A stretch of DNA of 62,731 nt, counting the filler, from Kipferlia bialata (Eukaryota), in NCBI GenBank assembly GCA_003568945.1. It is 6 parts of 6 records of this genome, joined end to end, with 100 filler letters (N's around TTAATTAATTAA, not from the genome) between each part and the next. Parts side by side here need not be neighbours in the genome. Positions count along the whole stretch, not along the records: positions 57,050 to 62,731 come from BDIP01001268.1; 5 more parts are not named here. One strand, written 5' to 3'. Of this stretch, positions 61,822 to 62,731 are shown one piece after another. The translations under genes and the position numbers were made by a program. The first letter of the stretch is position 1. Every line of letters starts with the position of its first letter. Below the pieces are notes generated by a model. It was not told where the DNA came from. It saw nothing but the letters and a program-made list of their open reading frames with translations, and did no database searches.

Positions 61822-62731
61822 TCTCTCTCTCTCTCTCTTCATGTGTTTATAGAACTCTTATAGTGTTGATATACCATTGTACAGTTAGTATGTCTCCCCT
61901 CACTCCCCAGGGCCAGCACAACAGGCAGTACAAATATTTACATATGTATATATATACATTTAGTGTGAGTTTATAGTATATATGTCTCCCTCACCCCCCA
62001 GGGCCAGCACAACCGGCAGTACCAGGCCCCCCCCCTCTCTCTCTCCCTCTCTCTCTATATATATATACTCGAACTTGCTATGTATCTTACCCCCCAGGGC
62101 CAGCACAACAGGCAGTATATATGTGTGTGTATATAATATATATGTCTTACCTTCTAGGGCCAGCACAACAGGCAGTATCAGGCCCTCCAGCTACCTATTG
62201 GAAGGTCTGAGCCCGAGCCCGTGGCTGCTGAGCCATCCAAGGCCTGGCAGAGGTATGTATTCTCTCTCACTGTTTGCCAAGTGTACTTTCTTGTATATAT
62301 AGTGTATATATATGTGTGTACTCATGCCAGGTGGCTAGAGCAGGCCAGCGCCCCCTCCCCAGGGGTGTCCCCTGCCGTGCCCAAGCCCCAGGCAAAGGTA
62401 CTATTGCATATACTCACTATGTTATTATTAAAGATAGAGTGTTATTGTACTATTACACCACGCCGACCCCGAGGGTGACACTCTACTCTCTCCCTCTCTC
62501 TGTATGTCTGTATATGTCTATATGTATATATATAAGGATTAGTGTGTATGCTTACCATCAACCTGAGCCCGAGGGCGATGCCCTGCCCATAATACTGGTG
62601 TCAGAGTCATATATATATACATATCAATGTAATATTATACAGCACTTCTATTCTTACACAGCCTGAGCCCGAGGGCGATGCCCTGCCCATCCAGGTCAAG
62701 GAGAAGGTGTCAGCCAGCAGAAGGTATAGAT
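57331..62731 (+). CDS. Pro/Ala-rich protein with a SMY2/GIGYF-type GYF domain, truncated at both ends
   Basis: Exons 60318-60405 and 60553-60618 give QWYYLDNSQQIQGPFSNQRMRT|WYAKGVLPFALPVR, matching the GYF consensus WYY.D...QGPF....M..W...G.+. Flanked by many small exons with PLPLP(V/M) motifs. Confidence 0.85.

Noticed and set aside
57050..62731. Many ORFs rich in YIYI and SLSL
   Set aside because: Translations of intronic (TA)n and (CT)n microsatellites.

Overview
Eukaryotic, very intron-rich draft-genome sequence, not prokaryotic. The window joins six unrelated scaffolds of about 11.3 kb, sorted by size (11331, 11327, 11301, 11296, 11294 bp, plus a partial sixth), with artificial 100-bp N44-TTAATTAATTAA-N44 spacers. 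Short exons, (TA)n/(CT)n-rich introns, branch points fused to the acceptor, ER-repeat proteins and divergent kelch-like families suggest the free-living fornicate Kipferlia bialata or a relative; this is inference and was not verified. Most supplied ORFs are shadows or intron read-throughs, so I rebuilt the genes by hand from GT-AG exons. They are: an RWDD1/Gir2-like 3' end, a palmitoyl-protein thioesterase, a bacterial-style arsenite methyltransferase, Arp4, an FG-GAP beta-propeller membrane protein, a ZNFX1/Hrr1-like helicase, a CCCH-finger plus polynucleotide-kinase protein, a PHD-finger protein, kelch-like paralogs, a GYF-domain protein and several hypotheticals. The strongest unexplained signal is that introns of microsatellite-rich genes carry dozens of duplicated 'echo' copies of their own splice junctions, ranging from intact to decayed. 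Other signals: a candidate non-canonical poly(A) signal AATAGA after almost every stop codon, an apparent GT-AT intron in the arsM gene, and a ZNFX1 whose RZ finger appears replaced by a Trp-studded low-complexity tail.
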